Below, in pieces: positions 52,181-64,000 of a stretch of 64,000 nucleotides of DNA. The number at the start of each line of letters is the position of its first letter. Position 1 is the first letter of the stretch. The DNA is from Octopus sinensis. Taxonomy: Eukaryota. The notes beneath the pieces are model-generated. The model saw nothing but the letters and a program-made list of their open reading frames with translations. It was not told where the DNA came from and searched no databases. A program made the translations under genes and the position numbers. The stretch lies in NCBI RefSeq assembly GCF_006345805.1, contig NC_043000.1, forward strand, positions 131,378,001 to 131,442,000. Reading direction: 5' to 3'.

Positions 52181-53047
52181 TATATATATACACACACACA
52201 GATATGCACATACACATACATACATATAAATGTATGTATGTATGTATGTATTACATCCATTTCCAATCATTTCAGTATGGAATGAGTGTCTGAGATCGTT
52301 TGTTTTTATTTCTATTTTTTATTCTCTTCGTCTATTCTTTCTATAGAAGAGCAAATGCTCAAAATGTAAAAGACATAAAAGATCGTATCGGTGTGCATAT
52401 ATGTGTGTGTGATTGTATGTGTATATGTATGAATAAACCGAGCAAATGGGCATCGGTAATTATGAAGGCGTAAAAGCGAATAAATCTCTATGTAAGATAA
52501 TCTTATTGATTATCAGTTAGATCAAGAATAAATGAATCTAAGTTTCTAGAATGGTCAGAAAGACAAGTTGATATATGGGGGTGTGGACAATGGGTCATCT
52601 AAAGGAAAGCAGTAGCAGAAAATAAAGGTTAAAGATACTTATTGTCCATCTCCTAAGACAGAAAAAGGGACAAGTTTAGAATAAAATAAAAAGAAGGATG
52701 TTAGTTTTGATCTGCATTTATACATCTATTTGTTGTTGTTTGTTTTTGTTTCCATTAATGTATGTAAAAGTGGGTTGTAGACAGTTCACTTAGCTGTAAA
52801 TGAGTTGCCCTGTAAATAAGTTACCCTGGCGTTCCATGTAGTGGGTATGTTAGTCTACTCGCTTAGTCAACAGGGTGGCATCATTTGAAAGCCAGACCAA
52901 TGCGAGAGAGCGTATTGTGACCAGCAGTTACATTCGATAGTCTGGTCGATACAGCCATACAGTTGTGTATGTATGTGTGTATTTATATACATATATAATA
53001 TTCTTTGCTTGATGACCTATCTCTCTATCTCCCGCTCTCCTTCTCTC

Positions 53048-53103
<56 letters not shown>

Positions 53104-53950
53104 ATCCGGAACTAGTAATTCCCAGGAAACTGAGACTATGAAAGCATAAAATCATTGATTCCAGGAACAGAGCCAAAGTTTTATTTTTCATTTTTTAAAT
53201 TTCTTATCTAATGGTTTAAAAATCTGAGCGTTAGGAAACAATCATGAACGCAAATATTTGTTCCATAAAAAAAATAAATAAATAAAAGAATCATGTATAT
53301 ATATTTGCATAAAGGAAGTTAGAGGAATAATTCTAAAGGCAAAGAACAGTTTCTGCAAGTTAACAGATCAATGTCCAGTAATTTCAAACATATTCCAACA
53401 CTGACAATGGTTTTTGTATCGCAAGTTTATTTGAATACTCTCTTGATTGTGTTACTGACAACATTTAATCGCTGTATTTATAATAATGATGTTCCTATTA
53501 ATGGATTTGGCATATCAATTGTCATGGGTTTGGCCTCAGTCTGGAAAGGAGATGGTCCCTGTGACAAAATGACGAATGCTCTTCTACACGGTATTTTTGC
53601 GAGTGAAGTTTCTGAAGGCAAAATTGGAAATTAGCAACTATTTCAAATGCTTAATCAAATCAATAAGATTTTTATGTCTTTGTTGATCTTTATCCACAAA
53701 TGTACTTTCTTACATTACATCGTCGTCACGTCATTGGTATAATGAATTTCTTTACAATTTAAGTTCTCTTAGAGTACACCAAAGAACAAGCAAACGAAGT
53801 CAACGTGCGCAACACAATTGATCTTTCCAGTTAATACCAAATTAAATACTGATACTTATTCACTCTAACAGCTACGACTACAACTATAATGTTTTCCAAA
53901 TTAAATTTGAATTCAGAAGGTTTTATTTTTAATTGTCAATACTTTGTTTT

Positions 53951-54184
53951 AAGGCGGTGAGCTGGCAGAATCGTTAGCACGCCGGACGAAATGCGTAGCC
54001 GTATTTCGTCTGCCGTTACGTTCTGAGTTCAAATTCCGCCGAGGTCGACTTAACCTTTCATCCTTTCGAGGTCGATAAATTAAGTACCAGTTACGCACTG
54101 GGGTCGATATAATCGACTTAATCCGTTTGTCTGTCCTTTTTTGTCCTCTCTGTGTTTAGCCCCTTGTGGGTAGTAAAGAAATAG
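53951..54184 (+). mobile_element. SINE family B monomer
   Basis: 16-bp TSD GTCAATACTTTGTTTT at 53935-53950 and 54185-54200. Confidence 0.92.
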
Positions 54185-55426
54185 GTCAATACTTTGTTTT
54201 TCCAGCAGCAAACTTCTATAAATTCTGATCATTCTTTATTTTCAGAATCCGTGATTACTCAAAGAAGTATACTCATCTGAAGAAAGTACTGAAATTTTCA
54301 GGGTTCCTCTAATTATTTTATTAACCACATTTCTTTTTATCCAAATTGTATGGAATCGTCTGTACTAAATGAGAACCAGTCGTTAGTAAAACGAAATCTT
54401 CATCCGTAATAGCTTTTCTAATAAAAGCGCTTGTTTAGTATTGCAGTCAAGAAAATTCTATCAATAAGCAACTACTTTGGATGGTATTTCTTTTATAGCT
54501 TCAGTCTGCTTCTTTTCTCCTTAAAGAAGATTATTGTCTGTTGGTCGATTCTTTTCGAAGAGATTCGTTTATTTCAACTGTACTAGTTTTTGAGAAAATG
54601 TCTGAGAACAATTTTTAGATCGCGTAAAAGCCTGTTTATTCGACCACTTGAGTACTTTAGAATGGTTTTGCAATTTATAGGTACATTTTAAATAATAGAG
54701 TTAAGAATTCCAGGAGAAAAGTGTATATATATATATATATAGCCTGCTTACGAACCACATAGTTCCTGGTTCAGTCCCACTGCGTGGCACCTTGGGCAAG
54801 TGTCTTCTACTATAGCCTCGGGCCGACCTTGTGAGTGGATTTGGTAGACGGAAACTGAAAGAAGCCCGAGGGTAATTTTCTAGGTGCAATCCCATGGTCA
54901 TTCATGACCGAAGCGAGTCTCAGCTCAGCAGCCTCAGTGGTGGTAATAAACGGGACGAAACATAATGAAAAAAAGAAAACAATTTTGGTAGGGCAGGAAA
55001 GAAGAGATATTCTCTATGGATTGGTGTCACCCATTGGTCAAGTGTGTAAACTGTGTGTGTATATATCTCGTTCTCTGTCACCAAAATGAATTAATGCTCA
55101 TAAAGTCAGCATCCGAGAATTTCCTTTTTCGGGTTGAGTGTTTCGACATGTGAATATTTCAGATTGTGCGTCACCTGCTGTCATTAGAAAACGACCCAGA
55201 AAAATCACCCAATCTCCAGATGATCTTATATGGCGTTTCTTCTTTTAATCACCAAGTACATCTGGCTAAAGTTGCAACATTACGCCTTATTTAAATTCTA
55301 AAAGAGGATCTCTGACTACTCAGCCTTGCCTTATAAGAGGCCTTCTGCTGTTTCGACGTAATTCCGCTTCTGCGTCACCCTATTGGTGTTGATCGACACA
55401 GCTTCTGCTTCGTAGGCCATATATGT

Positions 55427-55894
55427 ATGTATGAGAAATCTCGAGTTGCACATGAGAAAGTAAGGAGGGATGTCAGGAAGGGCATCGCAGTTACACCTCC
55501 AGAAGGGAAGGGTCTTCCTTTGATTCTGACATGCAATGTCTGTGCAAGACCCTGCCTCAGTAAAGCTGGACTCATGAGTCATCTTCGTAGTCATAAAACG
55601 AAACAGATGAGTGACAACCTGGCCACTGGTGGTGGTGTAACACACCATACTAATCATATCTGTCGGGCATGTGGAAGAGAGTGTAATTCGGCAGGAGGAC
55701 TTAAACGACATGCAAAGGTACATGAAGCCCAGTTACAACTACAGCCGGCTATTACCAGTAAAGGTTTCAGTTGCCAATTTTGTACAAGACATTGTAGATC
55801 TTTAGCTGGGCTAAAAAGTCACATTCGATCACAGCACCAGAAACAGTTAAGCTTCGTGCAATGGTCATACTCGATAACGAGGGGGCAGCCATAA
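55427..55894 (+). mobile_element. 3' end of an RTE-like LINE encoding three C2H2 zinc fingers
   Basis: CNVCARPCLSKAGLMSHLRSH, CRACGRECNSAGGLKRHAKVH, CQFCTRHCRSLAGLKSHIRSQH; no TGEKP linkers; followed directly by an (ATGT)n tail. Confidence 0.7.
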
Positions 55895-55975
55895 TGTATG
55901 TATGTATGTATGTATGTATGTATGTATGTATGTATGTATGTATGTATGTATGTATGTATAAGCCAAACATATATA

Positions 55976-56208
55976 CAGGGTTGACCAAAAGTCAGCTGAC
56001 AGTAAATCAAAACCATTTAATTCCAATATTTATTTATGTTTAACAACTGAATGAATTTAATAAAAGCATCTAAATATGAAGCATCATGAAAATTGTTCAA
56101 ACTGAAGTCCTTCTTGACTGATACATTTTTTCCATTCGAGTCAATAGAGAATTACAGATAGTATTTATGGATTTTGATTTACTGTCGGGTGACTTTTGGC
56201 CAGCCTTG
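55976..56208. mobile_element. Tc1/mariner MITE
   Basis: About 40-bp imperfect TIRs CAGGGTTGACCAAAAGTCAGCTGACAGTAAATCAAAA, TA on both flanks. Confidence 0.85.
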
Positions 56209-56327
56209 TATACATAAATATTACATATTCACATATATGTATATATGTATATATATCATACGCACGCGCACACACACGCGTACACACTCACAGATGCACA
56301 TACACACACACTCACATAGACATATAT

Positions 56328-56378
<51 letters not shown>

Positions 56379-56903
56379 CATACATATACGATAATAATAG
56401 TGTAAAATAAATAGAATGGCTTCAACTACTAATAGAAACCGGGTCATTGACTCAGATCCAAAAATTAATTGTCATATTCTTTAGCACCAATCAATCATGA
56501 AAAACTATATTAGACAGCCACCGAAATAATCCCATTCAAAAGTTTCAATCCATTCAGTATTTCTTTCTCTATCTCTCTGCCTCTTTCTCACTCTCTTCCC
56601 TTCTCTATCTCTCTCTCACCTCATCTCTCCTTGTTTTCTCCCCTCTCTCTACGATATACGCGTATAATAAATATATGTTAATAAATATGAGTTAAACATG
56701 AATCACATCAATTAACATATCTAAAAGTGCGCGCTTCCAACATTTAGCCGTATTGTGCACTTTTGCTCTTTTTATCACAATATAAATAGAAACTGCATAA
56801 CTATATATATACATGTATATGTATATGTGTGTGTGTGCGTGTCTATGTATGCAGGAATGTGTGCATACACTTTCTCTCACACATATACATATAAACATAT
56901 GGC

Positions 56904-56976
<73 letters not shown>

Positions 56977-56996
56977 GTTGTATGTATGTATGTATG

Positions 56997-57029
<33 letters not shown>

Positions 57030-57035
57030 ATATAT

Positions 57036-57092
<57 letters not shown>

Positions 57093-57134
57093 TATGTATG
57101 TATGTATATCGGCGCAGGATTTGCTGTGAGGTAA

Positions 57135-57459
57135 GAAGGCGCAGGAATGGCTGTGTGGAAGGTAGCTTGCTTACAAACCACATGGTTCCGGGTTCAGTCC
57201 CACTGCGTGGAACCTTGGGCAACTGTCTTCTACTATAGCCTCGTGCCCACCAAAGCCTGTGAGTGGATTTGGTAGACGGAAAGTGAAAGGAGCCCGTCGT
57301 ATATATGTATATGTATATATAAAATTTAAAGGACAAAATTTAATTTGTATGTAAAAATATTTTGTATGTAAAAATATTTTAATCTTCGGATTTTTTTAAT
57401 ATGCTAGGCCACTGGTTTTAATTGATTAATATCAATTTCTACCCTTATTAAATTTTTTG

Positions 57460-57536
<77 letters not shown>

Positions 57537-57757
57537 GTGTGTATGTGTGTGTGTGTGTGTTTGTCCCCACCAACATCGCTTGACAACCGATGCTGGTGTG
57601 TTTACGTCCCTGTAACTTAGCAGTTCGGCAAAAAGACCAATAGAATAAGCACTAGGCTTACAAAGAATAAGTCCTAGGGGTAACTTGCTCGACTAAAGGC
57701 GGTGTTCCAGCATGGCCGCAGTCAAATGACTGAAACAAGTAAAAGAGTAAAAAGAGT
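57135..57757 (+). mobile_element. SINE family A split by about 150 bp of foreign sequence in its microsatellite
   Basis: Head 57135-57310, tail 57470-57757. Confidence 0.8.
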
Positions 57758-57785
57758 AAACATTATTATATATTATATATATATA

Positions 57786-57822
<37 letters not shown>

Positions 57823-58360
57823 TACACATACACTCACAAATACATACATACATACACATGCGCACACATGCGTATATGTTTGTTTACGCATTCATGAGTA
57901 GAAAAATCTCATGTGTATGCGTTTGTGCACATCTGCGTTTTGCCAAACCTATTTCCTGATTGCAAATTACAGAAAGAGAAAAAATAAATCGCTTGTTTAT
58001 CCTGGCGAAATTACCATCAAACGTTGAGATTACAATAAAATATAAAAGCTGATTATCTACGGCTTTTGGCTTCTCAGAATTAATACAGGGGAAAACTGTT
58101 CTTTAATTAAAACAACCGACAAAATAATTTTGAAATGCACGGCTGCCTCCTCTAGATTTCATGTTAATTTGTCTTTATCTATTTCTCCCAACATTCTTTC
58201 AGTCCTTCCTTTTGTTTATCTATTTATATTGCTATCCTTTCTATACTGTTCTGTTGGTTTTTATCAGATATAAGAATCATTTTGGCATTTGTTCATGTTT
58301 CCGTCCACCCGTCTGACGGTGTTTTCTTACCTAGCTAACCCTCTTCTTTCTCTTTCTCTT

Positions 58361-58428
<68 letters not shown>

Positions 58429-58602
58429 CACACACACACCACACATACACTAACTTTATAGTTTTCTAATCAAAATTGAAGCTGCGTGTTTGTCTCGCGA
58501 CTCGAACTTCATTTCAGACAAAAAAAAATACATTTACTCTACAACATGTATTGAGCACTCCTTTGTCATTCACTTGAATCAAAGTATACGAGTATACATA
58601 CA

Positions 58603-58634
<32 letters not shown>

Positions 58635-59093
58635 CACACACACACACACACTCACGTACAAACAAACACACACATATAATGACATAAATGCAATACATGT
58701 TTTTTATGTGCTACACTTAGTTGCATGCGATGAAATCATGTCAGGTAGTATTTTTTAACACATTGATGATTTAACACAATCTTCGGACACTCTAAAGCAT
58801 TAGACGTGTGAAAGAAAAAAAAAGAACTGTCTGGAATGCTTTCAACGCATGAAAATAACAATAGCAGATTAAACATATATTGTGTTTATTAAATATCATC
58901 ACTCACTAGATGGAGTACATTTTTTATTGCTCTTACCATCACATAATAGTACATTTGTGAAGTAAAAAGCTTGCTTGCGAGCCACATGGTTCTGTATTCA
59001 GTCCCACTACGTGGCACCTTGGGCAACTGTCTTCTACTATAACCTCGGACCGACCAAAGCCTTGTGAGTGGATTTGGTAGACGGAAGCCCGTC

Positions 59094-59166
<73 letters not shown>

Positions 59167-59629
59167 TTACGTGCGTATGTTTGTTCCTCCTCCATCGCTT
59201 GACAATAGAGTTGGTTTATTAATTAAAGTCTACTGTATTATATATGCGTTAAGGCCGATCTTACCAATCAGTTTCGTGCTGGAGATTCAACCGGATATTA
59301 GACGTCAGCTCTGTTATGTAACCTTGCACTCAACAGATTTGGAAGTCATAGCAGTTGGCATATTTTCTTCCATAACTGCTAACTTTGACGTGCGCAAAGC
59401 TATTGTCTAACATCCAATTGAACTCCCATCGCGAAAGCGTTTGGCAAGCTACATGTTTATAACCCACAGAATCCAGAAAACCAAACTTATGAGCCTATAT
59501 CTTGGAGAGGACCTTTGATCTTTCTTGATGTGTGTGTGTGTATTTCTGTGTATATGTACACACACAAACACATATATATATATACATCCACACGCACTCA
59601 TATATACATACCCGTACACATACATACAC

Positions 59630-59660
<31 letters not shown>

Positions 59661-59874
59661 TGTATGTATGTATGTATGTATGTATGTATGTATGCATGTA
59701 TGTATGTATGCATGTATTAGAATAGAAAGTAAAATAGTAAGATGGAACTAGCAACTTCCATTATCCTTTGCCATGGATTCTCCCCGAAACTTCACCTATG
59801 GAACTCTGCGACTTATTTAACTTTTCGACCAAACTCATCTATCTTTCACTTTGAGGACACCCTACATTTGTATA

Positions 59875-59916
<42 letters not shown>

Positions 59917-60862
59917 CTCTCCGATGATAGACTATTTATCTTACGTGGAATTCTTTCCTGAATAACATATGGTCCACATGCTTAGGTATTCTAAAAGCAG
60001 CTGTAAGAGTCTCTGGCATATTTATTATATCTACTCTACACTATGTTTATGCTATGAATTAAATGTTCTTGAATGATGCCAAATATTTTGCTTGTTCATT
60101 ATTTATTTTATGTATACCTACCCACTTAATGATAAACCACTTCTATCCACCTTTGATAGGATATTTCAGCACCAGATTTTTCAGTTGCAGTTCATGCCGG
60201 AGTTAGTAGATCAAACTGAGTTTTATTTGTGAACCAAACTGAGTTTTATTTGTAGACCAAAGTACATACCTATTACTGACGTAAATCGTTTTGTATATAT
60301 CAGTATATATGAATAAATGTAAAGACAAGCAAGGTAAGCAAGTCGATATACAAAAAATATTTAATAGTTTTAAAACAAAAAATGTACATATGTATATATA
60401 TGTCCGACTTACATAGATTATAAATGATATCAGGAATTTTGAAGGGGTTAAGTAGGAGTTTTACGAGTCCAACAGTGTATTTGGTGGGCTTGGTGGTTCA
60501 AGATAATGATCGAAACTTGATTCCATAAGAAAGAAAAAAAAAAAAAAGAAACAAATGAAAGAAAGAAAGAAAGAAAGAAAGAGAAGGAAGAATGGAGAGG
60601 GAGGGAGAGAGAGAGAGAAGGAGAACGTGAGTGTGTTCATTGACAAAATTCGTTTGCTCACTCTATAAAAGAACCATTATGTTATTGCTTGATCTGATAG
60701 AAATAGCAAATATCCTTCAGATTACGGCCATCGTCTTCAATTAAAGCAGGATTCATTGGATAACACAGTTTTAGATCTACACAACGGCATGTTGGCCTTT
60801 CTTCATTGATCAGGATTAACCTGGAGCCAAGAAACAGCAACAGAAACAACACCAACAGCAGG

Positions 60863-61265
60863 AGGCGCAATGGCCCAATGGTTAGGGCAGCGGACTCGCG
60901 GTCGGAAGATCGCAGTTTCGATTCACAGACCGGGCGTTGTGTGTGTTTATTGAGCGAAAACACCTAAAGCTCCACGAGGCTCCGGCAGCGGGTGATGGCG
61001 ACCCCTGTTGTACTCTTTCGCTCCAACTTTCTCTCGCTCTTTCTTCCTGTTTCTTGTCCCCGACTTCCTACACAACCGCTGAGCCTGGATGCGCATTCAT
61101 CCATCCGTCGATGCTCTCGGTGTCGGGGTTGACCTGCTTTCTCTTCTGCGGGTCTTACGAATAGCAAAGTACCACGTTTCGGACTTCTCCCACTACAGAC
61201 AATCCTGAGGCGCGATCTTGCGAGCTCTGGGACGAAGACCGCTTCGCTCAACAAACAAACACCAA
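60863..61265 (+). mobile_element. SINE family C with a third tail type
   Basis: Family C head and body, then an unrelated tail ending in (CAAA/CAA)n. Confidence 0.8.
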
Positions 61266-62907
61266 CAGCAACAACTGCACCAATAGACATAGCACAGCAG
61301 CAGCAGCAGTAGCATCGGCAGCAGTAGCAGCAGCATTAGCAGCTATAACAGTAGCAACGCAATAATATGAAGAAGCTTTTACAAATATTTATTCTTACAT
61401 GACTTGCTCCAATTTTAGGAATCAATATTTGAAGAATAAAACATCGTATTCGAGATAAAATAAAATGAAATAGCAAAATTAAAAAAAAAATCATACGATA
61501 TTGTATTTAAAAAAAACATCGTTAAGATTAAATAATAAATTTAAAATAAATTCGTTTTATAAACTAGTATTTCATTTTTTGTCTCTTTTTATCATTAAGT
61601 GAAACTACGCAAATGAGATTAAATCGCAGAAAATAAATCAATCGGATTATTTACGTATATGATAAAACAACATTTACACGTGTAACAAACGAGAAATTTT
61701 TCTAAAGACAGCTTATAATTAAGCATCATAGTTATGTAAAGTTAGAGAAAGAGAGACGAATTGACGTAAAGTTATAAGGAAGGAACTAGGTGCCGTTGGG
61801 TAGATACGCGAATGAGTCGGGTGGCAGTGGTTTGCTTATATAGAACGCTCGACAGTCAACTGACGAGGGAAAAACAAAGAAACAGATGTTTAATATCAAG
61901 CACATTTCTTTATTGAATTTTCGATATGTAATGTAAAATGTAAAACCTTTTCTATGATAAAGCTAGTTTACATATTTAAATAAGAAAAGCATGTCAGGAG
62001 AGAAGATTAGTTTTATCTTCTTTGTGTATTTAAGATTAATTAATGGGATATTATATAGATTTAATTTTATCTTTTTATTTTGTTTTGTTACATGACAATT
62101 ATTTAAACTTTGTCAGTGAGAAAAGTAATATCCATGACCCTTTACGGGACTTCCAAGACAAGTAGGAAAGGGGGAGGGAGATAGGAGTGGGAAAAAGGTA
62201 CCCTCAAACCAGAGACGTACTCAAATGCTGCAACAGAGTAATCTCCCTTCTATGTTGATAGATACCCGTTATCAGATACTATCCAAATAGGCTATCGAAC
62301 GCAAAGACCCAGTGCAAATACCGCAAGGTATATATCCGGTTCGATATTCTTACTGTTTCATGAATTCGTTGCCCTGAATTGGTAACTTTTTATTGACTCT
62401 GATATGATGAAAAGCAAAGTTGATCTTGCTGAGATTAGAACTCAGAGCACAGAGGGGATCAGAACAAATACTACAAGATATTATAGCCCACGAGCGAACG
62501 ACTCTGTCGATTCGCTATTTCAGAGACGGTAGTATAATCAACCGAAGTATTTTAATATACTATATGTACCTCTCTTATTTTAAGCGATTCAATGAGTGAT
62601 AAAAAACAAAGGAAATACTAGGAAAGGGGAAAAAGATGAAAGTATTTCTCTTCCAAGTATAATTTTCTCTTATATTAAGAAGAGAATCTAATTTATGACT
62701 GCTTTATATAGCAGCTGACCTATGCAATTGAATAGATAAGGAAGCCGAGAATGTCTTCTCTGAGGAGTGTTGAAACAATCCATGAAACGGTCTGTTAGGA
62801 GACCCATTTTTACACTATTATTAAAGCAATCCCAGTATTCAACTGCTACTTATTTTATCGATCCTAGACGATGAAACGCAACATTGACACTGGCTAAGTT
62901 TGATAAT

Positions 62908-63392
62908 ACAGTACAGTGCAAAAGTCTTCGGTCACTTTAAACTATTGTAAATTTCTACTAATTGCCAAGTGAATATTTCGCATTGCATTTTTTCCAGATG
63001 AAACATTGGTCTTGTTAGGGTCATTTCCAACTTCGGTAGTTTCACTTTCTAATAAGCGAGAATTTGTCAGAAGGTCACCAGGAAAGCGAAGCGACCCATG
63101 TTACACGACGAAAACAGTGACGTTTGGGGATAAGAGTCTGATGCTCTAGGGATACATAAAAAGTGATGGTTCAAGAAAGCTGGTTAAAATTGATGGTAAC
63201 TTGAAAAGTGCCAAATACCTATAGATGCTGAAGGATATTTTGATACCAGACTTGGATGAAGGCGAGATTTTTCAACATGACGGAGTTCCATGCTACAGAT
63301 CGCATGCAACACAATAGAGTCTGGCTGATGTAGGTGTTACTGTATTGAAAGATTGACCAGCTCAGAGCCCTGACTTAAACATCATCGAGTAA
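62908..63392 (+). pseudogene. Tc1-type transposase relic, internally deleted
   Basis: TIR-like TACAGTACAGTGCAAAAGTC; FPDET, FQHDGVPCYRSHAT, PAQSPDLNIIE; cut off by a family A SINE. Confidence 0.8.
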
Positions 63393-63396
63393 ATGT

Positions 63397-63780
63397 GAGG
63401 CAGGAGTGGCTGTGTGGTATGTAGTTTGCTTACCAGCCACATGGTTCCGGGTTCAGTCCCACTGCGTGACACCTTGGGCAAGTGTCTTCTACTATAGCCT
63501 CGGGCCGACCAAAGCCTTGTGAGTGGACTTGGTAGACGGAAACTGAAAAGAAGCCCGTCGTATATATGTATATATATGCATGTGTTTGTCACCCTAGCAT
63601 TGCTTGACAACCGATGCTGGTGTGTTTATGTCCCCGTTACTTAGCGGTTCGGCAAAAGAGACCGATAGAATAAGTACTGGGCTTACAAAAGAATAAGTCC
63701 CGGGGTCGAGTTGCTCGATTAAAGGCTGTGCTCCAGCATGGCCGCAGTCAAATGACTGAAACAAGTATAAGAGAGTAAAG
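63397..63780 (+). mobile_element. SINE family A, full length
   Basis: Head, internal microsatellite, tail. Confidence 0.9.
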
Positions 63781-63883
63781 AGAGAGAGAACTGAAGAGAT
63801 TCCTTGTGGCGTTGTTTTGTGTTTATGATAAAATAAATATATACAAATTATAAAAATAATAATAATAATAATTAAATACAGTA

Positions 63884-63969
63884 CAGTATTGTTTCTACTT
63901 CGCGGATTTTCACCTATCGCGGGGTATGTTGGAACGTAACAACTGCGATAGTCGAAGGATTAATTACTG
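63884..63969. mobile_element. short Tigger/pogo-like MITE, degenerate
   Basis: TACAGTA...TACTGTA ends with internal CACCTATCGCGG and GGAACGTAAC motifs. Confidence 0.5.
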
Positions 63970-64000
63970 TATAGATATTTTTCTGTTTTAAAACACTGTA

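Noticed and set aside
61852-61895. Hammerhead-like CTGACGA...GAAAC motif
   Set aside because: Stem II and stem I cannot pair; it is too degenerate to support.
455-63610. Dozens of 60-170 aa ORFs rich in YI, HT, CV, MYVC or poly-I/M/L
   Set aside because: They are translations of (TA)n, (CA)n, (ATGT)n and (ATA)n microsatellites or of SINE bodies, which lack stops in some frames.

Overview
AT-rich, microsatellite-dense eukaryotic DNA. The SINE families (recognised from memory) point to an octopus genome. No prokaryotic systems, CRISPR arrays, rRNA or true tRNA genes are visible. Most ORFs in the supplied track are microsatellite or transposon artefacts. The window is dominated by tRNA-headed SINEs (five families, here called A-E), LINE remnants (RTE, CR1-like, R4/Dong-like), Tc1/mariner transposase relics, MITEs (hAT-, Merlin- and Tc1/mariner-like) and one non-autonomous Helitron. 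The best host-gene candidate is a phase-consistent three-exon minus-strand CDS at 21.0-23.4 kb of unknown function. The most unusual structures are: a young RTE insertion with twin-priming (5'-inversion) geometry; SINE monomers, dimers and trimers each with their own target-site duplication (TSD); two GG-ended 8-bp-TSD MITEs carrying telomeric TTAGGG repeats; a 66-bp-stem hairpin; and several long inverted repeats that could form dsRNA. All calls were made by eye, so edges of degraded elements are approximate.
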